From Bdellovibrionales bacterium (GTDB lineage Bacteria > Bdellovibrionota > Bdellovibrionia > Bdellovibrionales > UBA1609): 64,000 nucleotides of DNA. Each line of letters opens with the position of its first letter. The stretch's first letter is position 1. The notes under the pieces were generated by a model that was not told the origin of the DNA, made no database searches, and saw nothing but the letters and a program-made list of their open reading frames with translations. The stretch covers positions 1 to 64,000 of the forward strand of contig DAHVQG010000013.1 of the NCBI GenBank assembly GCA_027317865.1, given 5' to 3'. This document shows, piece after piece, positions 38,941 through 48,362 of the stretch. The position numbers and the translations under genes were made by a program.

Positions 38941-40615
38941 TTGCGAATCGTTTTACAGTCTGGATCAGTTTGAGAAAATCAATGGGCTTTGTTAGGTAAT
39001 CGTTGACGCCGCATTTAAATGATTTTTCACGTTCGCTAGCCAAAGCGCAAGCTGTAAGGGCAATAACCGGCGCGGTAATGCCGTTAGAGCGCAGTTGTTC
39101 GGTCGCGGAGTTGCCGTCTAAAACCGGCATTTGAATATCCATGACAATCACGTCGTAATGTCGGCGACGCGCCTTTTCGACGGCAACTAACCCGTTTTCA
39201 GCTACTTCTACGACAGCGCCTTGTTCGGTTAAAACATGGTTGAGCAAATAGCGATTATCGGGCGCATCTTCAGCCAAAAGTATTTTTAAACCCTGAAGGC
39301 CAGGTTGAGTGTGAGACTCGTTTTGCTCCGAAGTATCAGCTTCGGCGACGTCGCATTTCAAAGTAAGGCAAAAGGTTGTACCTTGAGGAGTGCTCTGTAT
39401 CAGATCCAATTCGCCGCCTAATTGGGCGGCGAGCTGCTTTGAAATATAAAGGCCGAGTCCTGTACCGCCGAATAAAAAGCCGGGCCGTTTGATTTGCTTA
39501 AAAGGCTCAAAAAGATGTACTTGATCGGCAAAAGGTATGCCGACGCCGGTATCGCGAACCCAAATCTTTAAATAACGTTCATTTTGTCTTGTCGAAATTA
39601 TACCAGGTGGCGCAGGTATAATGTGAAATTCTACATCAACGCCGCCTTGAAGAGTGAATTTGATAGCATTGCCGATTAAGTTAATCAGAATTTGTCGCAA
39701 GTGGGCCGGGTCCGAATAAATCGCAACATTTTCAGATGTTGTCAGGTTGAGATAGAGATTCTTCTCTTGCGCCTTTACTATTGTCGCCGATCGAACGTCA
39801 TCGATTAAATCGGCGAGCGAGAAAAAGCAGCGATTAACTTCAACCGCGTCCGCTTCAATTTTCGAAATATCGAGAATGTCTCCGATAAGAGCCGTCAAGT
39901 GCCGTGAATTTTTAATGATCCGATCGGTCCAGTGTTTTTGTTCGGACGTTAAACCAGGAGAACTGGCGATAAGGTCGGCAAACCCTTTTATGGCAGTGAG
40001 TGGTGTTCGAATCTCATGGCTGATATTGGCTAAGAAATTGGTTTTGGCGTGATTTGCGTCTTCGGCCTCTTGTCGCGCGTGTTGCTCTTGTTCAAAAAGC
40101 CGGACTCGTTCAATAGCCTGAGCAAAAAGGTTCGCGAGCGTCGTTACGAATTTCGGGTCGACAGGTCGCGCGGGCGCTTTATTGTAAGAAAATCCGATAA
40201 TGCCGATCGGATTTTGATTCACGACTAGAGGTGCATAGGCAACCGATTCACGCCTCGAATAATCAACAAGTTCGGTAGGTACGACGGATTCTTTTTTAAA
40301 TTCGTCCGCTGTGCCCAAGAAAAAACTGTCGTGCGGATTATCTTTTAATAGTAACGGCAGCCATTGTTTCGGAATGCGATGGCATTTTTCTTTAAAATGT
40401 TGCGTACAGCCCATCTCAGCAACCATTTCATATTGGTCGTCGGGGCGTGAAAGAAAAAGACAAACGGCATCGGCATCGAAGGCGGCCGCACATTCGCTTA
40501 CGATCGTCGTGTTTATAGAGTCGCCGGAGTTATGCCGCACCAGGATGGTTGCGACTCGCTGAATATATTGGTTTTCGCGCCGAAGTTGTTCCAGTTCAGA
40601 TATCTCGCATTCCAC
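38936..40615 (-). CDS. Cytoplasmic hybrid histidine kinase (GAF-HisKA-HATPase-REC)
   Basis: FLANISHEIRTPL, NLIGNAIKFT, DTGVGI and GGTGLGL motifs; REC with EDAPDN, MDIQMP and KPID; N-terminal GAF; no TM. Confidence 0.93.
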   Translation of the reverse strand: MECEISELEQLRRENQYIQRVATILVRHNSGDSINTTIVSECAAAFDADAVCLFLSRPDDQYEMVAEMGCTQHFKEKCHRIPKQWLPLLLKDNPHDSFFLGTADEFKKESVVPTELVDYSRRESVAYAPLVVNQNPIGIIGFSYNKAPARPVDPKFVTTLANLFAQAIERVRLFEQEQHARQEAEDANHAKTNFLANISHEIRTPLTAIKGFADLIASSPGLTSEQKHWTDRIIKNSRHLTALIGDILDISKIEADAVEVNRCFFSLADLIDDVRSATIVKAQEKNLYLNLTTSENVAIYSDPAHLRQILINLIGNAIKFTLQGGVDVEFHIIPAPPGIISTRQNERYLKIWVRDTGVGIPFADQVHLFEPFKQIKRPGFLFGGTGLGLYISKQLAAQLGGELDLIQSTPQGTTFCLTLKCDVAEADTSEQNESHTQPGLQGLKILLAEDAPDNRYLLNHVLTEQGAVVEVAENGLVAVEKARRRHYDVIVMDIQMPVLDGNSATEQLRSNGITAPVIALTACALASEREKSFKCGVNDYLTKPIDFLKLIQTVKRFAI

Positions 40616-41822
40616 GGTCGATTCCTTTTGTGGTGGCGTCTACGTGTTGGGCGTTTTGCCGCAAGCGATTCATCATTTTCAAAAATTGAGGGCTGTTAAC
40701 CGAAAGGTAGATAATGTATTCCGGTTCTTTATTTTGTGAGGTCGGCAATTTAGAAAAAATTTGAAATCCATAGCGCCGGTACAATCGCGCCGTGGCCGGG
40801 TCGGCTCCCGCGACAATATATTTAACCTTTCGATCGACAACTTTTTGAAATGCATAGAGTAGAAATCGATCGCGCACGTCCTGCGGCAGGGTCGAATCGA
40901 AAGACGCGTAACGCAACATTTCGCACGTGTGACGCGCCGGAAATTTTGAATAAAACGCTTCGCGAAACTTCGCGCGAAGTTCGACTGGGATTCGATATTC
41001 AAACGGGAGCAGGTCGTTCTCATGTGAATTCGGAGTCTCATTTTTCAGTAGATCATCAACCGATGGCCTAAAAAACGAGCGCGTGCCGAAATACGAAATT
41101 TGAATGGTTAGTAGCACCCGGTTCGATATGCTTGAATTTTCGGTTGTTGGGTCGTGATCAAGAAGTGTGATCACATCGTTATTTGTAGAGGCCTCGTTCA
41201 AATCTTTGAGAATGCGAAAATCATTTTCGTTCAGGTAGGGTTTCGCTTCATGATAAGACCGCATGACGGCCTCATGTGTCGGCCAACGGTAAGACAAGAT
41301 ATAGTCGGCTAATCGCATGCGTTTCGAGTCGAATAGGACCGTCAAATTGTCGTCAGGATGAGCAATCAAGTGGCCAAGCACATAACGGTTTACCCGAATT
41401 GAATAAGGTTCGAGGTTTTTTAAGCCCACGTTTAATAATTCAAATCTGCGCCCGTGAGACTTCCAAATTTCTTTTTGTACAGCGGTGCCGAAATCGTTCG
41501 GCATAGAGCGCACTTGTACGGTTCGCATCGGCCGAGCGTCATTTTGAGAATCAGATGTTGGATGGGTCAGGGTAAAACCCTCACGGCCGTCGATATAGCG
41601 AAATTGAAGGTGTTTGATAGTTTCAGTGACTCGCTTTATTACGGCAAGATGGGCGGGGGAATCGGGCGGCTCCAAAATGAACTGGCAAACACTTGAAACC
41701 TGCTGTTGAGATTTGGCCGAATCGGCGACCGCTCGATTTGTTGCGACAAACGACGCGACCAAAATGACCCAATAGATCATGGCCGCAAGAGGTCGCCGTA
41801 AAGGCCTGTTATTTGAGTTCAT
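40596..41822 (-). CDS. Signal-peptide protein with C-terminal GNAT/N-acyl synthase (FeeM/LuxI-like) domain
   Basis: Hydrophobic leader ending AVA; C-terminal CEMLRY...YIVAGADPATARLYRRYGF GNAT motif. Confidence 0.6.
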   Translation of the reverse strand: MNSNNRPLRRPLAAMIYWVILVASFVATNRAVADSAKSQQQVSSVCQFILEPPDSPAHLAVIKRVTETIKHLQFRYIDGREGFTLTHPTSDSQNDARPMRTVQVRSMPNDFGTAVQKEIWKSHGRRFELLNVGLKNLEPYSIRVNRYVLGHLIAHPDDNLTVLFDSKRMRLADYILSYRWPTHEAVMRSYHEAKPYLNENDFRILKDLNEASTNNDVITLLDHDPTTENSSISNRVLLTIQISYFGTRSFFRPSVDDLLKNETPNSHENDLLPFEYRIPVELRAKFREAFYSKFPARHTCEMLRYASFDSTLPQDVRDRFLLYAFQKVVDRKVKYIVAGADPATARLYRRYGFQIFSKLPTSQNKEPEYIIYLSVNSPQFLKMMNRLRQNAQHVDATTKGIDRGMRDI

Positions 41823-42048
41823 GGTGTTGTGTTGTAGCAATGAAATAATTTTTATTTGTTAAACCGGAATTAAGATTTATTAAAACGGCAAGGCAATTTC
41901 TACAAATATCATGCGGCGGCTTTAGGTCCAGGTTTTATGGTTGTACTTTGCGGTTTTGGCACAAAACCGGCCTATTTATTTCGAGATTCCTTTAACTTGG
42001 CGCCAAACCACTTGACAGAAAAATGGTCTGGTTGATGCTTTACTTTCT

Positions 42049-43161
42049 GTGCAGAAAACTTTGGATCATCTTTTTCATGAGAAATTTTTAACCGTACTCG
42101 TGTTACTGGCCCTCGGGTTTGTGTTTTCGGGACGTCTGTTGCCTGAACGTGCCATCCACCTCGTGGAGTGGCGCACGGTGGGTACGCTATTCGGACTTTT
42201 GCTTTTAAGTTGTGGCTTAGAGCAAAGTGGTTATTTGCACAGGTTCGGCCATCAACTTTTAAAGCGTTTACCGACCGAGCGGCGAGTCGCGGCTTTTTTC
42301 GTTGTGAGTGCCGCGGCGATGGCGACAGTAATTACGAACGATATTTCACTGTTTATTGTTATTCCATTAGCGCTTGAAGTAGGGCGTTCATTGAAAGGCT
42401 ACCCGACAGGGCGACTCATCATTTTTGTCGCTCTCGCCGTCAACGTCGGATCGTCTCTAACGGCGGTTGGCAACCCGCAAAATATATTCTTGTGGCAGAC
42501 GTCACACGTGAGTTTTGTTCAATTCGCCGAAACGATGTTACCGTTCGCCGGGTCGCTTTTTTTAGTCCTATTATTTGGCGTTTTTTTCGCTTTTCGACCG
42601 CTTCCGCTCGTTTTAAACAATGTTCAAATAGCTAATACGCTTGATTCAAGGCTTTTCACGGCGTCGATTCTGCTTTACCCGGTTTTTCTGACGGCGGTTG
42701 ATAACGGGTTTATTCGAACGGCGCTTCTTGTTGTTTTGCTGGTCTTTTTATTCGTCGGGCGAAAGGCCTTTCGGCGATTAGATTGGGCCTTGCTCGCGGT
42801 TTTTGTGTTTATGTTCATCGATTTTAAGTCTATAGCGGCACTCCCGCTGGTGCAGAGCTTGGCTTTGCAGGCCCTACATTGGAAGTACGGGGCATTTAAA
42901 TCGGGGCTGCTGTTTTCGCAGGTGTTGTCGAATGTACCGGCGACTATTTTGCTGCAGTCGTTTCATCCACCGTGGCGCGAATTGGCCTGGGGGGTGGCCG
43001 TTGGTGGATTTGGTTTAGCAATCGGCTCGCTTGCCAACTTGATTGCGCTTCGGCTTGCACGAATAAAGCGCCTCTGGGTCGAGTTTCATGTATGGTCGCT
43101 TGCCATGTTTGCCGTGTCGTTTCTGATTGGTTTAATTTTGCTCCATATCGTTCAACCTTAG
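42049..43161 (+). CDS. SLC13/CitMHS/ArsB (IT superfamily) anion transporter, YbiR-like
   Basis: ITNDISLF, NVGSSLTAVGNPQN, SQVLSNVPATI and GSLANLIA motifs; many TMs. Confidence 0.9.
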   Translation: MQKTLDHLFHEKFLTVLVLLALGFVFSGRLLPERAIHLVEWRTVGTLFGLLLLSCGLEQSGYLHRFGHQLLKRLPTERRVAAFFVVSAAAMATVITNDISLFIVIPLALEVGRSLKGYPTGRLIIFVALAVNVGSSLTAVGNPQNIFLWQTSHVSFVQFAETMLPFAGSLFLVLLFGVFFAFRPLPLVLNNVQIANTLDSRLFTASILLYPVFLTAVDNGFIRTALLVVLLVFLFVGRKAFRRLDWALLAVFVFMFIDFKSIAALPLVQSLALQALHWKYGAFKSGLLFSQVLSNVPATILLQSFHPPWRELAWGVAVGGFGLAIGSLANLIALRLARIKRLWVEFHVWSLAMFAVSFLIGLILLHIVQP

Positions 43162-43257
43162 AAATCAACCCAATGTTTCGGTTGACTCAAAATCATTCGG
43201 CTTCTAAAGTGGCAATCCTTACCGGTGTGATCGATTCAGTCTTTTTAAGCTAATTGT

Positions 43258-43328
<71 letters not shown>

Positions 43329-43334
<6 letters not shown>

Positions 43335-43454
43335 ATTCCCAAACAGCCCTCATACTTCGTTGCTTCGTCACTCACTTCCCTGCGACGTACTAGTAAGTAC
43401 GCCTCGGTCGTTCGCTCCTCGCGCCTCGTTTGAGGGCTGTTTGGGAATTGGTTG
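43329..43454. repeat. Palindromic element (RPE1/REP-like) with 24-bp perfect terminal inverted repeats
   Basis: CAACCAATTCCCAAACAGCCCTCA ... TGAGGGCTGTTTGGGAATTGGTTG; central CGTAC-TAGTAA-GTACG hairpin. Confidence 0.8.
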
Positions 43455-43768
43455 TTGAAGTACGGGCTTTCGGACTTATCTCGAACCTTGAGGTTCACAA
43501 AACGACCAGGATGGTTGTTTTGCGCGCCAGCCCTGAGCGATTGCGAAGGGTCGAGGCCACGGATGGCCGAGACAAATCCGACGACCGCAACCAATCTTCA
43601 AAATTACCAAACCACCGATCTTTGAGTTAGGAATCCACACACAACTCAAGCAAATGCGACTTGAACAACATTTTCAGCGGTTTGGATATCTGTGGCATTG
43701 GATAACCATGACCGTATAATAAAATCACATTTCACACTATATTTTTCGAAACAAATATCCTACTCCCA

Positions 43769-44689
43769 TCACTGAAGTTGGATTGACCAAATATCGTTTC
43801 GAATGTCGTGAACCACAAGTAACGGATGCTGTGGCGATACGAACGGCAACAAGCTTTGGTATTTTTGTGTTGCAAGAAACACTTCGTCGGGACTAGTTCC
43901 GTCGATATGGAACCTAAAAGATGGAAGGTTGTGACTCCAGCCGGCACTCGCTTTTTCAACTTCCGATATTTTCGTACTTTTATAGAGATAAAAATGTCTG
44001 TCGCCGCCGTCAAGGCACACGATTGAACCATTTGCCTTAAGGATATTGATGGGCTTATTGCATACAGCAAGAGACCCATTATCGCAGTTTCCTGCCTGAC
44101 GGTTCGGGTACAACGAATAAAAATGAGGTCCCGTACTGTAAGTTCGACAGTACAAATATTTAAACGTAAACGATTCGCTGTAGGTTGAGATGTCTCCGCC
44201 GTTTGTGATGAGTGGGATTACCCGTTCTGAAATTCTAAAATTATTATCGTTGCAACGGCCCGTCGCTCGATAAAGCTCGTGGAGAATTAGCATATTCACA
44301 CTACGCCCGTGGACGTACGGTGGTGCAAAAGGGCTAACCAAAAATTCCCATGAACTTTGCTTGAGTTGAATATATCCAGGTATAGTCCATGCATCTAACA
44401 TTGGTGACACCGGTTTGCCCGTGTAGGGGTTGACGAGTTGATCAACTATTTTGATTGTGGAGTGGTCGAGTGCATGGCGCAATAGAGTCGCTGGGCACAT
44501 CAAGTTGGCGCGCGGGTTATCAGCAATATCAGCGATCATACTGTACCCGCGAAGTCGAAATGCCGCTTCGATTTGCGCTCCGCCGCCGCCTTCTTTTGCG
44601 CCGGGTGAACCTGCGAATGCTGGCATTGAAACAGCTAACAATGATACCACTGCAATTGTGCCGCAAATTAAACCTAACGATCGTTTCAT
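43769..44689 (-). CDS. Secreted GGGG/LHExxR-family protein
   Basis: Signal peptide ending AFA, KEGGGGAQIEAAF, LILHELYR; ATGA overlap with the upstream DUF4423 gene. Confidence 0.8.
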   Translation of the reverse strand: MKRSLGLICGTIAVVSLLAVSMPAFAGSPGAKEGGGGAQIEAAFRLRGYSMIADIADNPRANLMCPATLLRHALDHSTIKIVDQLVNPYTGKPVSPMLDAWTIPGYIQLKQSSWEFLVSPFAPPYVHGRSVNMLILHELYRATGRCNDNNFRISERVIPLITNGGDISTYSESFTFKYLYCRTYSTGPHFYSLYPNRQAGNCDNGSLAVCNKPINILKANGSIVCLDGGDRHFYLYKSTKISEVEKASAGWSHNLPSFRFHIDGTSPDEVFLATQKYQSLLPFVSPQHPLLVVHDIRNDIWSIQLQ

Positions 44690-45549
44690 AATTTCCCTCC
44701 TCTGCGCGTCGGCGTAGTATCGCTTTCGCTGCCTCGCGCTCGAGAAATTTTAGTTATCGGATAAAGTGATACGTTGACGTGATAAACTTCGGTTGGGCGT
44801 TTGTTGCTTTCGAACATTTCAACCAATTCACGCCGAAATTGTTTTATTTTTTCTTTTGCCATTGGGATATCTTCGGGATGAATCGCAAGTGTTAAAGACG
44901 TGTGGCTGCGAAGTTCAGTTGTTGGCATTTCTTCTAGAGCTCGAAGTGACATTTCTAATATTTGTTTTTGCAGTTTACGTGACGCTGCACTTGTCAAATC
45001 GTCTAGAATATTCGTTGCAAGCCCATCTGCTGTAGTGTCAACCCATCTGCCCCGCGGAGTGATTTCCAGAAGTCCCACACGTTGAAGTCGTTCGACGGCA
45101 ATATTGGCTTCGCTTTTGGTAATTCCGAGGCTTTTTGCCACCCAAGCAACACTGGGATTAAAGTCTTTGACCCGTATAAGTTCTAAAATTGCATAATGGT
45201 ACCAATCTGAAATAATGGCATAGGTATCAAGAGTGATTTGCTGAAATTCGGATTTGCCTGTTGATTCGAGGGTTGAATTAAATTTTTTCTGCTGTGAAAG
45301 AACCTTATATCTGCTGATTTCTTTTGGCTCTAACCCAATAGCCATTCCTAATTTATTAATCGATGTCGTTGTAATGGGCCTTTTACCATTCAACATTGCG
45401 GAGAGTGCCGAAGAAGAAACGTTTATCGACCTTGCAAAGGCGCGCAAAGAATAATGGGGATTTTTCTTGCAGCGAGACACCAGCTCTTGCTGGAGGCGCA
45501 ATCTGAAATCAATTGGAGTACTAATCTGCACTTGAACCGTTTCTCTCAT
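44686..45549 (-). CDS. TIGR02147/DUF4423 family HTH protein
   Basis: ELVSRCKKNPHYSLRAFAR.....LS..LNGKR HTH, SDWYHYAILEL and KEKIKQFRREL...VYHVNVSLYP motifs. Confidence 0.9.
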   Translation of the reverse strand: MRETVQVQISTPIDFRLRLQQELVSRCKKNPHYSLRAFARSINVSSSALSAMLNGKRPITTTSINKLGMAIGLEPKEISRYKVLSQQKKFNSTLESTGKSEFQQITLDTYAIISDWYHYAILELIRVKDFNPSVAWVAKSLGITKSEANIAVERLQRVGLLEITPRGRWVDTTADGLATNILDDLTSAASRKLQKQILEMSLRALEEMPTTELRSHTSLTLAIHPEDIPMAKEKIKQFRRELVEMFESNKRPTEVYHVNVSLYPITKISRARGSESDTTPTRRGGKL

Positions 45550-45600
45550 GTGACGAATAAATAATGTCATTACAGTTGAACAGCAAACTGTTTTGGTACA

Positions 45601-45626
45601 AAGTGCGCCAATTCGCTGGCGCACTT
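45601..45626. promoter_or_regulatory. Perfect 10-bp inverted repeat (operator or terminator)
   Basis: AAGTGCGCCA-attcgc-TGGCGCACTT about 52 bp upstream of the DUF4423 start. Confidence 0.5.
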
Positions 45627-45719
45627 CAATTTGTGATCATTTACGTGAAATTTTTCTAATTACCAAATTCGGAAGTGCTTAGCGAATCCACAAACTAATG
45701 CGAGCTTAGCCATCGCAAT

Positions 45720-45950
45720 TCAACCATATTGGCTAAACCAACAAAAAGCTATACTGCTCCCCGATAAGTCGCTGACAGTATCATCCGGAGAGTCAGTCAG
45801 CAAAGTTAAGAGCCCTTGACCCAACTTATGTTAGATATGGAGTATCTTATGGAGCGAAGCTTGCCTACATTGTTCAAGCAAATCTGCAAATGCATTATGG
45901 CTTAATAGCATTCCGACAATTAATAAAATCAAAGATAATTTTTTCGCCAT
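45720..45950 (-). pseudogene. Truncated secreted-protein gene
   Basis: ATG 45950 with GGTGAG RBS; MAKKLSLILLIVGMLLSHNAFA signal peptide; TAA after 39 codons; frame open for 36 more codons. Confidence 0.55.
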
Positions 45951-45982
45951 AGTTCACTCACCAAAAAAAGTATTTTGACTTT

Positions 45983-47005
45983 TTATTTACATGTTGCCGA
46001 ATTAGTTAGTTGCAGTGCCTGATCATTGTAGTTGGTTTGGTCTTCCGAATACATCATGGCTTCAGACTCAAGAGTCAGTTCGTGATCTCCATCGAACGCG
46101 CCTGTCATTCCCCAGAGATGGTGGATTTCCGATTCAGCATCAGACGTGCAGCTCATTTTCATCAACAGCGCATTGAATTTATCGGCACAATGACCCGGTC
46201 TGATTGTCTGCTCAGCAGAAGTAATGCATTGTTTGTAGTTCACATCGACGGCTTTCAGTGCGTGCTCAAACTTTGCCTCTTTTGAATTATAAATGTGCTC
46301 CGAAATATATTCTTTATACGTTCGCCCAATTTGATTTCGTTTTAATCCATAGTCTTCAAGCGCACGGATGAGCTGCTTGCTTGTTGCATTCACAATCAAC
46401 GATGAGTGAAGAAGACGATCTACATTCTGAATTATGTTCGGGTCATTCGTGTAATCTCGCAGCCACTCATGTAAATAGAAAAACGAAGATTGCACCGGAT
46501 TGCGCGCAAGCTCATTGCTAATGGCAGGATCATATTCATAGCGAATTCTTGTGCCCGAAAATCGAATAGTCGTCTGAAAAGCACGAATATCTTTCGGATT
46601 TTTTACACAAGATTTAGGAATTTGGCGAACAGTCGACTCGTCAGGAATAAACCCGAGTGCTGTGCCAGGTATCCAGAGACGTTTGTCTGACGAAAATGGA
46701 TTTCGATTGAGTTTTGCAAAATCAAAAAGTGATGCTGCCATATCAGGTAACTTGTATTGAAGCCGATGAGCAATAAGCCTTAAGATTTTTTTTGTCGCGT
46801 TTGCCCCTGTTATCTGCCTTATTTTCGAATCAACCGGCATCCCCATTTCTTTAGTGGCTTCGTAGTCCCAAGAGTAAAGATGGCCGTTATCGCAACGAAT
46901 GGTGTAGCCACCGCCGCCAGCCGATCCGCCCGCAAAGCTTGAGCGTGGGATAAATGCCAAAATAGCGATTAATCCGAGAGTGAAGAATTTAATTGATTTA
47001 TTCAT
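45983..47005 (-). CDS. Secreted GGGG/LHExxR-family protein
   Basis: Signal peptide ending SFA, GGSAGGGG, FYLHEWLR; Cys-containing helical C-domain. Confidence 0.8.
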   Translation of the reverse strand: MNKSIKFFTLGLIAILAFIPRSSFAGGSAGGGGYTIRCDNGHLYSWDYEATKEMGMPVDSKIRQITGANATKKILRLIAHRLQYKLPDMAASLFDFAKLNRNPFSSDKRLWIPGTALGFIPDESTVRQIPKSCVKNPKDIRAFQTTIRFSGTRIRYEYDPAISNELARNPVQSSFFYLHEWLRDYTNDPNIIQNVDRLLHSSLIVNATSKQLIRALEDYGLKRNQIGRTYKEYISEHIYNSKEAKFEHALKAVDVNYKQCITSAEQTIRPGHCADKFNALLMKMSCTSDAESEIHHLWGMTGAFDGDHELTLESEAMMYSEDQTNYNDQALQLTNSATCK

Positions 47006-47096
47006 ATTACCAAACCTTATTTTATTAATTTACATTTTAAATTCATAGCGACTGGCGTGTACCATCAACAGCGAAGAACCGATCAAATTACAATTA

Positions 47097-47510
47097 CTAA
47101 TTAAGCAATACGCAAGTTTCCGGCGGCAATGTCTCGCTTGAATTATCTTTAGCTGAAGAAAGAGTGATGACGAGTGTGCCATGACTGCTGTCTTTCGGAG
47201 TAATTGCCATTTTATAATTTGCCGTTCCCATCCAACCCATTTGCATGGTTCCAATTCCAACTAATGAAAGTGGTCCATTGGAGGTCCATGAAGTCGTTGT
47301 TAACTGCAAGGCTTGATTGATGTTACTGTCATCTTTGCCAAGCCACATTTGATGAGTTTGCGTATCAAGCCAGACATAGCCTGCCCCATCACTTGCTCTG
47401 CACTCAATATTCGCTTGTCTTGATTGGGCCGACTGCGCAAAACTGATTGAAGTCGCACCCATGATTACACCCGTTGCAATCATCGTTAACAAATTTAATT
47501 TTTTGTTCAT
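47097..47510 (-). CDS. Small secreted beta-rich hypothetical protein
   Basis: GAAGGAG RBS; signal peptide ending SFA; Cys near both ends of the mature protein. Confidence 0.75.
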   Translation of the reverse strand: MNKKLNLLTMIATGVIMGATSISFAQSAQSRQANIECRASDGAGYVWLDTQTHQMWLGKDDSNINQALQLTTTSWTSNGPLSLVGIGTMQMGWMGTANYKMAITPKDSSHGTLVITLSSAKDNSSETLPPETCVLLN

Positions 47511-47546
47511 GATAGTGTCTCCTTCGTTTTTTTTCCTCAAATCGAA

Positions 47547-48362
47547 TTAATTAAAACCGCAAAATTCACGTGCGATTTCCAACGCTCTTTTGCGAAATTC
47601 TAATATTTTTTTATCCTTTGTGTTCCAAGAAAATATTATTTTTTCTAAGTTAAAATCGCGATTTTCAAATATTGTATACAATGATTCAAAGGGGCCAATC
47701 GCCTTATTTTCTGGAACATCAATGCTCACAACAAAGACACCGTTCCCGCCAATTTCACTATCAATCATACATTTTAGTGGGTAGTGGTTATTCTGAGAAT
47801 TATTGTCATCAATTAGGCGTCTTAATATTTTTTGATCGTCGATCTTCTCTTCATTTTCGGCGTCGACATAAGTCGACGAAATCCCGTATCCGTTTTCGCC
47901 TTCAACTCCGAGCACACGGAGCCCTTCGTGTAGGAATAAGTAGGTTTCCGCCGGATCATGAGATTTAAAGAGGTCGTCCCATTTAGCGTACATGTTTGGC
48001 TCGCAATCTAAGCGCACGATATGGGGTTGAAAGTTAAACACATAAGCCATTTTTTGATGGTCAATTAGAAATTTGAGCTCATCGCCATTTTTCGGATCGT
48101 GCGTTGCACAGAGCGCTTTGAACAGATCTTGATTTTTAAGCGCAATCAGAAGTTCTGCGGGCTTGATTCTAGGATCTAGCTTCGATCGAGCATCTTTACC
48201 ATAACGCATTATATGATTCACGATGGAGTGCAACTTTGCAACGAACTGAGCCTCAATGTAATGACCACCGCCGCCAGCTGAGCCGCCGGCAAAGCTCAAA
48301 TTCGGCATAAGTGTCAAAATAGCAGTCAATAATGCTAGCCCAGGATACATGTACTTAGTCAT
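47547..48362 (-). CDS. Secreted GGGG/LHExxR-family protein
   Basis: GAGGAG RBS; signal peptide ending SFA, GGSAGGGGHYIEAQF, LFLHEGLR. Confidence 0.8.
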   Translation of the reverse strand: MTKYMYPGLALLTAILTLMPNLSFAGGSAGGGGHYIEAQFVAKLHSIVNHIMRYGKDARSKLDPRIKPAELLIALKNQDLFKALCATHDPKNGDELKFLIDHQKMAYVFNFQPHIVRLDCEPNMYAKWDDLFKSHDPAETYLFLHEGLRVLGVEGENGYGISSTYVDAENEEKIDDQKILRRLIDDNNSQNNHYPLKCMIDSEIGGNGVFVVSIDVPENKAIGPFESLYTIFENRDFNLEKIIFSWNTKDKKILEFRKRALEIAREFCGFN

